Shown here: one piece after another, positions 1-10,361 of the stretch | Layout of the letters: each line of letters opens with the position of its first letter | Position numbering within the stretch: position 1 is the stretch's first letter | The notes under the pieces: generated by a model | Database searches by the model: none | Told to the model about the DNA's origin: nothing | What the model saw: the letters and a program-made list of their open reading frames with translations, nothing else | Translations under genes and position numbers: made by a program | NCBI GenBank assembly: GCA_963796685.1 | Contig: CAWCMR010000008.1 | Coordinates: 736,001 to 800,000 of the forward strand | Direction: 5' to 3' | Length of the DNA stretch: 64,000 bases | Source of the DNA: an uncultured delta proteobacterium | GTDB lineage: Bacteria; Myxococcota_A; Polyangia; Fen-1088

Positions 1-2
1 CG

Positions 3-926
3 CATGCGCGCGCGCTGGCGCCGCGCGGGCCGGTCGCGCTGACGGGCGCGCGGGCGGGCAGACGGCAGATCGTGACCACCGACCTGACGCTGCGCCTGCT
101 GGGCGACGCGGGTGAGAAGCTGCGCTCGCGCACCCTGCCTGCGGCCTTCGGTCGCCCGTTCAATCTGGGCGACCATCGCCTCGAGGTCGTGCCCACCGGC
201 CACCTGCCGGGTTCGGCGGCCCTGTTGTGCGAAAGCGAGCAGCGACGAATCTTCTACCTGGGCGCCTTCTGCCCCGAGCCGCTCTGGGCGGACCTTACGG
301 CCAGCGAGGTGAGAAGCGCGGATGCCGTCTGTGTCGACGCCACCTTCGGCGACCCGCACCTGGTATTTCCCGCGCGTGGGGAAGCCGTCGCGAGCATCCG
401 GAGCTTCGTGAAGACGACTCTTGGCGACGGGCGAACACCCGTGCTGCTGGCCTCCCCTTTCGGCGCTCTGGCGGCCGTTGCGCAGGATCTGACCGCCGCC
501 GGCTTCGCCTTGCGCGCCCACCCGCGCGTCGCTTCGGTTCTCGCCCGCCTGCGCGCGATCGTCGAGGCCCTGCCGACCCCGGCTCGCTTTACCGGACGCG
601 TCACAAAGGGCGAGGTGCTGCTCTGGCCGCCCGAGGCGCGAGACGCGGAAAGCCTGACTGCGCTCGACAACCTGCGTCTCGCCCTGGTGTCCGGTTCCGC
701 GGCAGAGCCCGGTGTGCTCGAGCGCATGCGCCTCTCGCACGGGTTTGCCCTGACCAATCTGCCCGGCAACGCGGAAATCCTGGCTGCCATCGCGGCCACC
801 GGTGCCAAGGAGGTAGCACTTTTTCACCGCGGTGCCGAACCCTTGGCCGCGCTCCTGCGCGAGCGCGGCCTCGATGCGTACGCGATGGGACCGCCACGCC
901 AAATGACGCTTCCGGGCAATCCGTAG
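3..926 (+). CDS. Metallo-beta-lactamase/beta-CASP-like nuclease-fold protein (5' partial, degenerate metal motifs)
   Basis: Frame is open from the window edge. Motifs GHLPGSA, DATFGDP, TPVLL and the C-terminal '(A)TGAKEVALFH' resemble MBL-fold RNA/DNA processing exonucleases. No HxHxDH motif is visible within the window. Confidence 0.6.
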   Translation, partial: HARALAPRGPVALTGARAGRRQIVTTDLTLRLLGDAGEKLRSRTLPAAFGRPFNLGDHRLEVVPTGHLPGSAALLCESEQRRIFYLGAFCPEPLWADLTASEVRSADAVCVDATFGDPHLVFPARGEAVASIRSFVKTTLGDGRTPVLLASPFGALAAVAQDLTAAGFALRAHPRVASVLARLRAIVEALPTPARFTGRVTKGEVLLWPPEARDAESLTALDNLRLALVSGSAAEPGVLERMRLSHGFALTNLPGNAEILAAIAATGAKEVALFHRGAEPLAALLRERGLDAYAMGPPRQMTLPGNP

Positions 927-1034
927 CCTCGTCCGACTTTGCTCCCGATCCTCGCCCCATCCGAACCGCAATTTCTTTGGCGGGCGTGCGTGTCAAGGTG
1001 GAAGTGACACAAGTTTAGGGCTAAGACTGTCATC

Positions 1035-1787
1035 GTGTTCAATCTCGGATTTGGTGAGATCGCCGTCGTGCTTGTCGTCGCGCTGGTCTTCCTCGGGCCA
1101 AATATGCTGCCCGAGATCGCCACGGGGCTGGGCAAGGTCATCCGCGAGATCCGCAAGGCCACCGCGGATATCCGGCAAGACATCGAGCTGGACGACATGA
1201 TTCGCCGGCCACTGCAAGAGCTGCGCGACGCGGCCACCTTGCCGCCCGAGGAGCTGAAGCGGCGGGACGAAGCCAGGGCCGCGCAACGCAGGGTCGCGGA
1301 GGCGGAATCCAAGCGCAAGGAGCAGGAGGCCAAGGCTGCCGAGGAAGCCCGCCGCAAGCAGCAAGAGGCCGAGGCGGAGGCGCAGCGCCAGCAAAAGGCA
1401 AACGAGGAGCTGGCCAAGGCCGCCGCGGCACTGCCGAGGCCTGCCGGCCCGACCGATGTGGTCAGCTCGGGCGGGACGATGATTGCCAATCCGCCTCCGA
1501 CCGACGACATCCGCACCCTCACCCCTTTGCCCGATTTGCATTCTCCGCCGCCCGCGCTCACCGCCCATCCGCCACGCCTGCCACCGCCCTTGCCACCGCC
1601 GTCCTTGCCGCCGCCTCACCCAAGCGCAGCCAGGCCCGCCATCCCCGAGGACGCGACCGTTGTCGATCTGCACGCGCATCTCCATGCCGCGGCGGCGCAA
1701 ACGACAGCCCCGGCCGGTCCTCCTGCCTCGCAGCGAGCGCAACCGATGCCGTTGCAGAGGCGTCCGCCGGAAAGCAAGAAGGGCTAG
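1035..1787 (+). CDS. tatB: Twin-arginine translocase subunit TatB with long Pro-rich tail
   Basis: MFNLGFGEIAVVLVVALVFLGP..LPEIA..LGK is the TatA/B signature; lies directly upstream of tatC. Confidence 0.85.
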   Translation: MFNLGFGEIAVVLVVALVFLGPNMLPEIATGLGKVIREIRKATADIRQDIELDDMIRRPLQELRDAATLPPEELKRRDEARAAQRRVAEAESKRKEQEAKAAEEARRKQQEAEAEAQRQQKANEELAKAAAALPRPAGPTDVVSSGGTMIANPPPTDDIRTLTPLPDLHSPPPALTAHPPRLPPPLPPPSLPPPHPSAARPAIPEDATVVDLHAHLHAAAAQTTAPAGPPASQRAQPMPLQRRPPESKKG

Positions 1788-1790
1788 ATC

Positions 1791-2696
1791 ATGGCGGAAC
1801 AAGAGTCCGATGTAGCCCAATCGGCCGCGCCCCAGAACGGGGATCCCTACCTCGCGGCGGATGCCACCCCTCTTCAGATCGGCGGCACGACGGTAGCGGC
1901 CGGCGAACCCGATCGCCCCGGCGAGAAGCGCATGTCTTTTCTCGAACACCTGGTCGAGCTGCGCGTGCGCCTGCGCAACGCCGCGCTGGCCTTCATGGTG
2001 GCGATGATCGCGTCGTTCATCTTCGTCCAGCGCTACTTCGACTGGCTCACCCGACCGGTTCGCCGCGGCCTGCGCGATGCCGGCCACGAGATGAACTTCT
2101 ACGCCAAGAGCCTGACGGAGCCGTTCTGGGTCTACATGAAGTTGGCCATCGTGGGCGGTCTGTTGATCTCGGCGCCGTTCATTTTCTGGGAGCTGTGGCG
2201 CTTCGTCGCGCCCGGGCTGTATCGCAAAGAGCGCCGCATCGGCGTGCTCGTCGCCACGGCGACGGGGGTGTGCTTCATGGGCGGCGCGGTCTTCGCCTAT
2301 TCCTTCATGTGCGAACCCGCGGCCTACTACCTGACGAAGCTATGCACCAGCTTCTCGGGCGATCTTCCGTTCAAGCTCGATACCATGTTGATGATGGACG
2401 AGGTCGCCAACTTTCAGATGATGACCCTGGCGGGGTGCGGTCTCGCCTTCGAGCTGCCGGTCGTGCTTTCCATCTTGGGCTGGATCGGCCTCATCAGCAG
2501 CCGCGGCCTGCTCAAATTCAACAAGTACGCCATTGTGCTCGCCTTCGTGGTCGGGGCCGTGCTAACGCCAAGCACGGATCCCTTCACCCAGACGCTCTTG
2601 GCGGTACCCATTTTCGCGCTCTACAACCTGAGCATCCTGGTGGTCTGGCTGATCGAGCGCGGCCGGCGCAAACGCGACGCGGCCCTGGCCACGTGA
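1791..2696 (+). CDS. tatC: Twin-arginine translocase subunit TatC
   Basis: MSFLEHLVELRVRL, WRFVAPGLY, FELPV, TPSTDPFTQ motifs; multiple TM segments. Confidence 0.95.
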   Translation: MAEQESDVAQSAAPQNGDPYLAADATPLQIGGTTVAAGEPDRPGEKRMSFLEHLVELRVRLRNAALAFMVAMIASFIFVQRYFDWLTRPVRRGLRDAGHEMNFYAKSLTEPFWVYMKLAIVGGLLISAPFIFWELWRFVAPGLYRKERRIGVLVATATGVCFMGGAVFAYSFMCEPAAYYLTKLCTSFSGDLPFKLDTMLMMDEVANFQMMTLAGCGLAFELPVVLSILGWIGLISSRGLLKFNKYAIVLAFVVGAVLTPSTDPFTQTLLAVPIFALYNLSILVVWLIERGRRKRDAALAT

Positions 2697-2702
2697 TTTC
2701 GG

Positions 2703-3971
2703 CTAAGTGATCTTATACCAGCCGAGCATGGCGACAGAGGTGACCGCCATCCAGACAATGCCCGTGTTGCGGGTCGCCTGGCTGTGGGCTTCGCCGACCT
2801 GGCCGTCGAGCTCGTCGAAGCGATGCATGAGCTCCTCGGTGCCCGGCTGCCGAGAGAGCAGCTCTTGTTCGACGCGTAGCTTGTGTACTTCGGTGGTGCC
2901 CGGGCCAAAGCAGTAGTACACCGCAGGCAGAAACCCAAGCACCAGCGCGAAGACCAGACCCAGAAAGGCTCGCTTGGCTGGCTTGCGACGAAGGTCGCCG
3001 ACGTGGAAGCCGGCGGCCTTCTCTTCCATCTTGTTCGCCGCTTCGCGCGCCGTCGAGAGGCACTTGCGGCACCCCGAAGCCTTGGACTTGTCGTAGTAGA
3101 GGCCGTGCTGAACGCACCTCACCAGGTTGAGGTTCTTGGGATCCTCGTCCATGGCCACTCCCGAAGCTGCACCCATCCCCAGGTCGCGCAGGGAGCCGGC
3201 CGAGGCCGCCGATCGACTGTGCGCGGCGGACATATCCTCCTCGGAACCGCCGCGATCGCCACGCGCCAGCTCCAATTTCGGTTCAGGCGTAACATCGAGA
3301 GCCAGCCCGGAACCCGAGGGTTGACTCTGTCGGGGTTGGCGCCCTGGCGGCGCGGGCGTAGCGCCTTGACGAGCCCGCCCCGAAACCCCCAGCACCGGAG
3401 TCGCTGCGCGCTTCGGCTTGAAGGGATCATGCTCTCCTGTCTTGGCCGCTATCCGCAATGGGGCCGGCGTCACTGGCGCAAAGGGATCGCCCGAGGACGC
3501 AGGCGAGATCGAAGGCAGGTTGAATCCCCCACCGGCCGTGCCCCCCAACTGAAGATTGGATGAGGTGGACGCAGGATCTCCGCCTAGTGCGACCGACGCG
3601 CCCGGCCAGCCGCTCCCGGGAGAAGGCGTGGCCACCTTGGCCCGCGCCACCGGCGAGGGCACCGTGGGCGAGGGTTGGGACATCGGCATGTTCGATACCT
3701 GACTTGGCGAAGGCGAGTGCGTGTGCCCTCGGGCGCCGGCGGGGCGAATGACCGTCACGGCTCCGATCGATTGAAGATGGCGAACCAAGGCCTGCGCCTG
3801 GGCCTGCTCCAGACTCTGGCCGGCGCGCAGATTCTTGGCCGAGATGGCCTTCGCCACCGTGGCGAGCGGAACGCCGTGCTTGGCCGACAAAGCTGCCGCC
3901 AACCGCGTTTCGCCCGCGGCGCTCGGATCCGAGGAGCCCACCACGAACACATCGAACAGGTTGCCCGGCAT
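2703..3971 (-). CDS. Hypothetical membrane protein (small N-terminal domain, Pro/Ser-rich linker, CxxH..CxxC putative Zn site, two TM helices)
   Basis: Start chosen at MPGNLFDVFVVG (3971); CVQHG...CRKC; hydrophobic helices near the C-terminus. Confidence 0.65.
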   Translation of the reverse strand: MPGNLFDVFVVGSSDPSAAGETRLAAALSAKHGVPLATVAKAISAKNLRAGQSLEQAQAQALVRHLQSIGAVTVIRPAGARGHTHSPSPSQVSNMPMSQPSPTVPSPVARAKVATPSPGSGWPGASVALGGDPASTSSNLQLGGTAGGGFNLPSISPASSGDPFAPVTPAPLRIAAKTGEHDPFKPKRAATPVLGVSGRARQGATPAPPGRQPRQSQPSGSGLALDVTPEPKLELARGDRGGSEEDMSAAHSRSAASAGSLRDLGMGAASGVAMDEDPKNLNLVRCVQHGLYYDKSKASGCRKCLSTAREAANKMEEKAAGFHVGDLRRKPAKRAFLGLVFALVLGFLPAVYYCFGPGTTEVHKLRVEQELLSRQPGTEELMHRFDELDGQVGEAHSQATRNTGIVWMAVTSVAMLGWYKIT

Positions 3972-4115
3972 GGGAGCTAGTATATCGGGGTCGGGCCGTC
4001 TACCAAACCTCCGAAATGGAAAGGTTGCGGCAGGCGTCAGCCGTGAGTTGAAACTTCCCGGTAAAAAAGGGTGCGAAAAACTTGACCGGAAACCGGCACG
4101 CCACAGGATGAGAGG

Positions 4116-4328
4116 ATGCTGAGTGTCGCCTGCCACGAATCGCCGCCGCCCGCGCCCCCCGCGGAGCCGGCCCAGGCTACCTATCCGTTTCGCCGGCTCG
4201 CCGTCACCTTCGACAACGACGAGAGCCGAGGGCGAGTCCAGCGCCGCCGACGCGCGGCCATCCCCACCCTGAGCGTTCCCGTCTACAGCCGCATCGTCTT
4301 TCGTGCCGGCGCGGTGTCGATTCGCTGA
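4116..4328 (+). CDS. Small hypothetical protein (70 aa)
   Basis: GAGAGG Shine-Dalgarno-like sequence before the ATG; mostly G/C third positions; sits largely in otherwise intergenic space. Confidence 0.45.
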   Translation: MLSVACHESPPPAPPAEPAQATYPFRRLAVTFDNDESRGRVQRRRRAAIPTLSVPVYSRIVFRAGAVSIR

Positions 4329-5556
4329 TCGATTCGTCGGATCCAGAGAACGACCGCCGCCACGAACAGGACGGCAAGAATGAGCGGCGACCTGGACTCG
4401 GGAGGCACGCCCCCGAGGACACAGCCGCATCCTGAACCGTTGCTCGTCCTATTCGTGCTGGCGGGCTGACCGCCACTACCCGCACCGCCGCCGCTGCCCG
4501 TCGAGCCGCCGGAATTCGAACCACCCAAGCTGGGTGCGCCGCCGTTCGAGATTCCGGCAGAACCGCCGCTTGCGCTGCCACCGCTGGTCCCGCCCGAGCC
4601 ACCGCGGCCGCTGCCACCAGAACCTCCACTTGCGACTCCGCCGCTCCCGGCATTGCCGCCCGAACCCGCGCTGACCATACCACCCGTCCCGCCACTCGCG
4701 CTGCCGCCTGCGCCGCCGCTGGCCAGGTTGCCGCCTGCGCCGCCGCTGGCGTCGGCGGGAACGATCGCGGCGTCGGAATTGGTGGTGGAGCCCGTGTCGG
4801 CGTCGAGAAAGCTGGCCAGCGCGTAGGTCAGCGGGGCGTTCCAGTTGATGGCCACCTCGTTCAGCTCGTAGTCGTTCACGTCGTCGGTCCAGTTCGTCGC
4901 GCCGTTCTTGTTGCCGTTCGGAGCCTGCGTGGACGTGTTGTTGCCGCCGCCCACCAGCAGTCCCGGCCACGGGGCGTCGATGCCGTCGGACTGCGAAGGA
5001 CGATGGTGGGGATGCATGGGCGGGTTGATGCCGAGCCCCGTGACCTGCGAGCGGTCGTAGTAGTTGCGGCCGAAGAGCCAGCTTATCTGATCGACACAGG
5101 TATCGAGGTAGTCGGCCTTGGGCGAAAGCCGGCTTGTCCGTTGAACGTGAACGAGACCGCCGTGTTGCAGCGCCAGCCGTAGAACCCCAGCATGGTCGCG
5201 ACGAAGGCATCGCGGTACACGTCGTCGCCGACGGGAAAAGTCACCGAGCGGCCCACGCCCGGGACATCGACGTAGAACTTGCCGGTCTCGCCGAGCTGGG
5301 TGAAATCCGCGATAACGATGCTTTGGCTGGTGTCGGGATCGGTTTTTGCCGCGCCCGCCGTGCCGGTGTAGGCGACGGAGCCATCGGCGTCGCGCTTGAC
5401 CGTGAAGGACGTGGCGGCGGCGGTGATGGACGCCCGCTTCACCCGGCCGGACAGGTAGCCGATGGAGCTGACCTTGACGTCCGAATCGGCGGCCTGAGCG
5501 AGCAGCGGGCCGACCAGGGCAAGGGCTGACACGAGAGCGGACAGGCATGGGCGCAT
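4283..5556 (-). pseudogene. Glycoside hydrolase family 9 (CelD-like) cellulase with a large internal deletion and frameshift; Gly/Ser linker and MYXO-CTERM-like tail
   Basis: Signal peptide, Ig-like CelD_N domain and MLGFYGWRC..TFNGQ in one frame. FGRNYY..TGLG..PPMHPHHR..WPGLLVGG..NEVAINWNAPL in another frame. Junction at about 5120-5140; the DAGD catalytic region is missing. GCGC-TM-RR tail. Confidence 0.85.
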
Positions 5557-5609
5557 GCGAACCTCCGGCAAGGGCGGGCGACCGCGCGACGATACCAAAG
5601 GTTTCGATC

Positions 5610-6800
5610 CTATTCCGACGGAATGATCTCGAGCAACTCTATATCGAAGACCAGCGTCCCGGCGGGAACGCCAGGCCTGGAAGGTGCGTTGCCATACGCC
5701 AGCTCTCCGGGGATCCAGAACCGCGTCTTGTCGCCGACCACCATCAAGCGCAGGCCTTCGGTCCATCCCCTGATCACGCCATTGAGCGGAAATTCCGCCG
5801 GCTCGCCGCGCACGACCGAGCTGTCGAACAGCTTGCCATCGGTCGTCCATCCCGAGTAGTGAACGCGCACGCGATCGGTGAGGAAGGGATGCACCTTTCC
5901 ACTGCCCTTGGTCAGGGTGACGTAGGCCAGGCCCGAGGCGGTCCTGGTGGCGTTCTTCGGCGGCGCGGCCACGTCACTCGGTGGCTCGAGCGGTCTTTTG
6001 CCTGGGATGATGTCGAGCAGCTCGACATCGAACACCAACATGCCGAAGGGGCCACCGGGCTGGCGGGCCGTTTCGCCATAGGCCAAGTTGGCGGGAATCC
6101 ACAGGCGGCGAACCTCGCCCACGACCATCAACTGCACGCCCTCGGTCCATCCCGCGATGACCTGGTCCAGTTTGAAGGTCGCCGGGCCGCCACCGGCCGC
6201 CGAGCTGTCGAACATCTTCCCGCTCGTCATCCAGCCCGTGTAGTGGACCGTGACCTTGTCCCAGCGATGCGGGTGAACCGTGCCGGTCCCTGGCCGCAGC
6301 ACCCTCGAGGCAAGCCCGGAGGCGGTCTTCTCGGCGTTGTCGGGTGGCGCGGCCACATCGGCGGGCGCCTTGCGCGGGTCGGCGGCGCTGGGTGATGGCT
6401 TGGCCCCCGACCTGGGCGCGGACGGTTCCCAACCGGACACCGCAATCCAATAGAGATCCTTGTCGACCGTCAGCTTGGTTCCCGGCAGATAGGTCTTGCC
6501 CTTCAGGGTGACCTTCTTGCGCACGGTCAGCTTGGTCCCGTAGCACTGATAGCGTGGCTCTCCCTCATCGTTGACCGGAATGTACCCATCCCCCAGCGAC
6601 AGCTTCTGGTCGTCTCCCCCCACGACCTCCGCCTCGGTCTCGCACAGTGGCACACCGTCGGGATAGGTCTTCACGACCTCCTCGTAGCTTGGCAAAGGTG
6701 TGCCACGTTCCTTCTTCACCGAGCCTTTGGCGTTCGCCAGGCCCGAAGAGAATGGAAACAGCAAGGCGACAACGGAAAGAAACACAACGCGCGAGTTCAT
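5610..6800 (-). CDS. FKBP-type peptidyl-prolyl isomerase, two FKBP domains plus an extra N-terminal domain
   Basis: Two copies of VHY(T/S)GW..GK.FDSS...VI.GWTEG..LMVVG...WIP..LAYG...LVFD(V/I)ELL; signal peptide. Confidence 0.92.
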   Translation of the reverse strand: MNSRVVFLSVVALLFPFSSGLANAKGSVKKERGTPLPSYEEVVKTYPDGVPLCETEAEVVGGDDQKLSLGDGYIPVNDEGEPRYQCYGTKLTVRKKVTLKGKTYLPGTKLTVDKDLYWIAVSGWEPSAPRSGAKPSPSAADPRKAPADVAAPPDNAEKTASGLASRVLRPGTGTVHPHRWDKVTVHYTGWMTSGKMFDSSAAGGGPATFKLDQVIAGWTEGVQLMVVGEVRRLWIPANLAYGETARQPGGPFGMLVFDVELLDIIPGKRPLEPPSDVAAPPKNATRTASGLAYVTLTKGSGKVHPFLTDRVRVHYSGWTTDGKLFDSSVVRGEPAEFPLNGVIRGWTEGLRLMVVGDKTRFWIPGELAYGNAPSRPGVPAGTLVFDIELLEIIPSE

Positions 6801-6884
6801 GGGCTTCGGCCCAAACCGTAGCACGAGCGCTAGGCATTCGTGTCCCGCGTTTCCCCACAGGAGTGGCCAATTCGACGTCTCTGC

Positions 6885-7330
6885 CTATTGCGCGAATGGC
6901 CCTTCGGCGGTCTTTGCCAGGCTGAAGATGCCTAGGGCATTCGACCAGTAAACACACTCATCGTCAACGGCGACGGAGCCGCCCCCGGTCGAAGACATGG
7001 TCGCGAGAATGGCGAAGGAGCTGCCGTCCGCGGCCATTCTCCCGAGCCGCTCGGTCGTGCCGGACTCGCCACCCATGACGTAGAAATCGTAGCCATCGAA
7101 CGCGACGTTCAACGGGCGCGCCAGAGCTGCCGGCAGCGGTATGACCGCGATGGGCCCGCCCGTGGGGGCCATGCGCATCATCGCGTCTGCCCCCTCGTCT
7201 AGCCAGCACGCATCGGTTCCGCATGGCATGAGATCGGTGGGGCCAGCAGCGCCCACACCCAGAGGCGTGACCGGGCTGCTCGCGACCGGTGGCAGCCGGA
7301 CACTGTTCACAGCCCCTATGTAGCCAAGGC
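6885..7330 (-). pseudogene. C-terminal fragment of a beta-propeller repeat protein
   Basis: Blade-like motifs (NVAFDGYDFYV, VAVDDECVYWS); no signal peptide or convincing start before the divergent gene at 7350. Confidence 0.5.
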
Positions 7331-7349
7331 GCGTGGTACGCTCCAATCC

Positions 7350-7899
7350 ATGCAAGCAGCGCCGCACGTTCGGCGTTTCCTCGAGCTTTGGCTTGTCCGT
7401 CACGGAGAATCGACCTTCAACGCCGAAGGCCGGTATGCGGGTTGGTCGGACCCGCCTCTTACCCCAGCGGGAGAGGCGATGGCACAGGCGCTGTCTCCGC
7501 AGGCTGGCCGGGATCGAGCTCGATGGAATTTGGCGCTCGGATCGCATACGGACCCGGGAGACGGCGCGGCTGGCCGGATTCGAGGGCGTTCCGACCGATG
7601 TGCGCCTGCGCGAGATTCACTTCGGAGAGCTGGAGGGCAAGACCTTTGTCGAGGCGGGCGAGGAATGGCGCGAGCGGCTGCGCTCCTTCGCCGACTTCGT
7701 CGCTCCCGGTGGCGAATCCACGGCGGATGTAAGGCGCCGCGCCGAGAGCTTCCTTGCCGGCTTGGCCGTCGGCCGCCACTTGATCTTCTCCCACGGAGGT
7801 TGGATCCGATGTCTCATGGCGGCCTGCGGACACGACCGCTTTCCGGACAAGGCCGAGCTGGTGAAGCTCGACTGGTCGAATCGTCGGCTCATCCCGTGA
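7350..7899 (+). CDS. Histidine phosphatase (phosphoglycerate mutase family), +1 frameshift near 7500
   Basis: [22 protein letters not shown] in one frame; [29 protein letters not shown] in the next. Confidence 0.85.
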
Positions 7900-7948
7900 G
7901 CGCACCTCCAGCCTACCAAGCTTCGGTTCGCCCTCGAAAGAATAGGGA

Positions 7949-8827
7949 TCAGACGAGGAAGTCGAACATCTGCACGCGCGCGAGGTAGCCCTCGAGCACG
8001 GCGGCGAACTCGTCGAGGAGGAGGTCGAGGACCAGGACGAAGCGATCCTTGTGGACGCGCAGGACCCGGCCCGAGGCTGGGATCTCGGGACCGGCCAGGA
8101 CGAGAACGCCGGAGATCTCGCTGTCCTGCGCGGGAAGCGTACCGGTGAGACGGAGATTGAGGTGCGTGCGCGAGAGCTCGACCACGGGGGCGACGCGGCC
8201 GTCGTCGAGCCGGAGGTGGGCGGCGAGGGCCGGGGGTGGCTCGACCCGGTAGTTGGCGCGGCGGTTCTGCTGAATCAGACCTTCGAGCTCGTCGTGGACG
8301 CGGCGTGAGATGGGCGAGTCCGGACTCTCGAGGATGAAGTCGCGCAAGCCCTTCATCGTCTTCTGGGTGACGATGATGTGCTCGCGCATCTCGGCGCTGC
8401 GTCGCTGGTCGTGGGCGATCTTCTCGGCGGCCGAGCCGAGCAGGGCGCGGTAAAAGGGCAGTCCGATGTCGGGGTTTCGCGAGCAGAAGTCGTGCAGACG
8501 CGCCGAATCGATGCGACGGAGGACCGCCTTGGGCCCAACCACCGCGTGGCAGTGGCGGAGAATGCCCGTCGTTGCGCCGAGCTCGCCGATGAGGCATGGC
8601 GGCTTGAGGAGGTAGACCTCGCGCTCGTCCTGGCGCAAGGAGACCTCGCCGGCAAGCAGGAGGTAGAAGGCGCCCGCCGCCTCTCCCTGGGCAAAGAGTA
8701 TCCGGCCCTCGCTTGCCTCGACGGGCTCGAAGAGCTCGGCCAAGCGCTGGACCTCTTCGTCGCTGAAGCCGCGAAACAATGGGATGCCGTGCAACTCGGC
8801 CGGGCCGATTCCTATTTTCTCGATCAT
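7949..8827 (-). CDS. Cyclic nucleotide-binding domain protein with C-terminal PilZ-like domain
   Basis: [29 protein letters not shown] (cNMP-binding domain); RRANYRV followed by a beta-rich region. Confidence 0.75.
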   Translation of the reverse strand: MIEKIGIGPAELHGIPLFRGFSDEEVQRLAELFEPVEASEGRILFAQGEAAGAFYLLLAGEVSLRQDEREVYLLKPPCLIGELGATTGILRHCHAVVGPKAVLRRIDSARLHDFCSRNPDIGLPFYRALLGSAAEKIAHDQRRSAEMREHIIVTQKTMKGLRDFILESPDSPISRRVHDELEGLIQQNRRANYRVEPPPALAAHLRLDDGRVAPVVELSRTHLNLRLTGTLPAQDSEISGVLVLAGPEIPASGRVLRVHKDRFVLVLDLLLDEFAAVLEGYLARVQMFDFLV

Positions 8828-8936
8828 GGGGCTGCAGACTATCACGGCGCCGGGGTTGTCGCCGTCGCGGTGAAGTGGTGTCGAAGCAAGAACGACGCGC
8901 CAGTCCTGCTCGCCGGCCTCGTGGTAGCTTTGTCGC

Positions 8937-10344
8937 ATGCCACGGCCAGCGACCCACGAAACCCTCGACCGATTGAAGACGCTCGTCGGCCCGGCCGGGT
9001 TTTCCGTCGACAGCGACGAGCTTGCGCCCCACCTTGTCGAATGGCGCAACCGTTTCGTGGGCAAGACGCCGCTCTTGCTCAAGCCGGCATCGACGGAAGA
9101 GGTCGCCGCCATCGTGCGCATCTGCGCCGACGCCGAGGTGGGCATCGTGGCGCAAGGTGGAAACACGGGCCTCGTGGGCGGGCAAATCCCTCGTCCCGAG
9201 GGCGCCGATCTCCTGCTCAGCATGGGCCGCATGAACAAGATCCGCTCGGTCGATGCCGTCGACGACACCATGGTGGTCGAGGCCGGCTGCACCCTGGCCG
9301 TGGCGCAAGAGGCAGCGACCGACGTCGACCGGCTGTTGCCGCTCAGCCTGGCCGCCGAGGGCACGAGCCAGGTCGGCGGCAACCTCTCCACCAACGCGGG
9401 GGGAATCCACGTGCTTCGCTACGGCAACGCCCGCGATTGCGTGCTCGGTCTCGAGGTCGTGACCGCGGACGGCCAGATCTGGAATGGTCTGCGAGCGCTG
9501 CGCAAGGACAATACGGGTTACGACTTGAAACAGCTCTTCGTGGGCGCGGAGGGCACGCTCGGCATCATCACCGCCGCGGTGCTGAAGCTGTCCCCCCGCC
9601 CGCGCCAAATCGAAACCATCCTGGCCGGCACATCGGATCCCGACAAAGTGCTCGGGTTACTCACGCTGGCGCGGGAGCTGACGGGCGATGCCGTCTTCGC
9701 CTTCGAGATGATTTCGCGCTTTGCCCTCGATCTGGTCCTGCGCCACATCCCGGGAACGTCCGACCCGCTGGCCGCACACACGCCGTGGTACGTGCTCACG
9801 GATCTCACGGTTGGGCGCGAGGTGGCCGAGACATTCCTGGCCGCAGCAATGGAACGAGGCCTGATCGAAGACGCAGTCCTGGCCGGGAAGCTCGGCACAA
9901 GCCCAGGCCCTGTGGAAGTTGCGCGAGTCGATCTCGGAATCGCAGAAGCACGAAGGGGGCAGCATCAAGCACGACATCTCCGTGCCGGTGTCGCACATCC
10001 CGGCCTTCATGCGCGAGGCCCTGGCTGCTGCCGAAAAGCTGATCCCCGGCGTCCGCCCCGTGCCCTTCGGCCACGTGGGCGACGGCAACCTGCACTTCAA
10101 CTTCACCCAGCCGACGGACATGGACAAGGACGCCTATCTCCAGAAGTGGGCGGCCCTGAACCGCGTGGTGCACGATATCGTGGTCGCCCACGACGGCTCC
10201 ATCAGCGCCGAGCACGGCATCGGCGTGCTCAAGCGCGAGGAGGCCCGCCGCCGCAAGAACCCAGTCGAGCTGGACCTGCTTCGTCGAATCAAGCAAGCCC
10301 TGGATCCCAAGGGCATCATGAATCCCGGCAAAGGGGTCGTGTAG
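8937..10344 (+). CDS. FAD-linked oxidase (D-2-hydroxyacid dehydrogenase/GlcD-like), frameshift near 9885-9889
   Basis: QGGNTGLVGG, GGNLSTNAGG, KDNTGYDL, GAEGTLGIIT; continues as KHDISVP, FGHVGDGNLH, SISAEHGIG, DPKGIMNPGK in ORF 9919..10344. Confidence 0.9.
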
Positions 10345-10361
10345 AAGCTGGCCAAAGGTCT

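Noticed and set aside
4480-4760. Gly/Ser-rich repetitive DNA as a separate repeat element
   Set aside because: Ordinary low-complexity linker before the MYXO-CTERM-like anchor
7499-7501. Programmed ribosomal frameshifting at the frameshift sites
   Set aside because: No slippery heptamers or stimulatory structures noticed, and these gene families are not known to use recoding; sequencing error is more parsimonious
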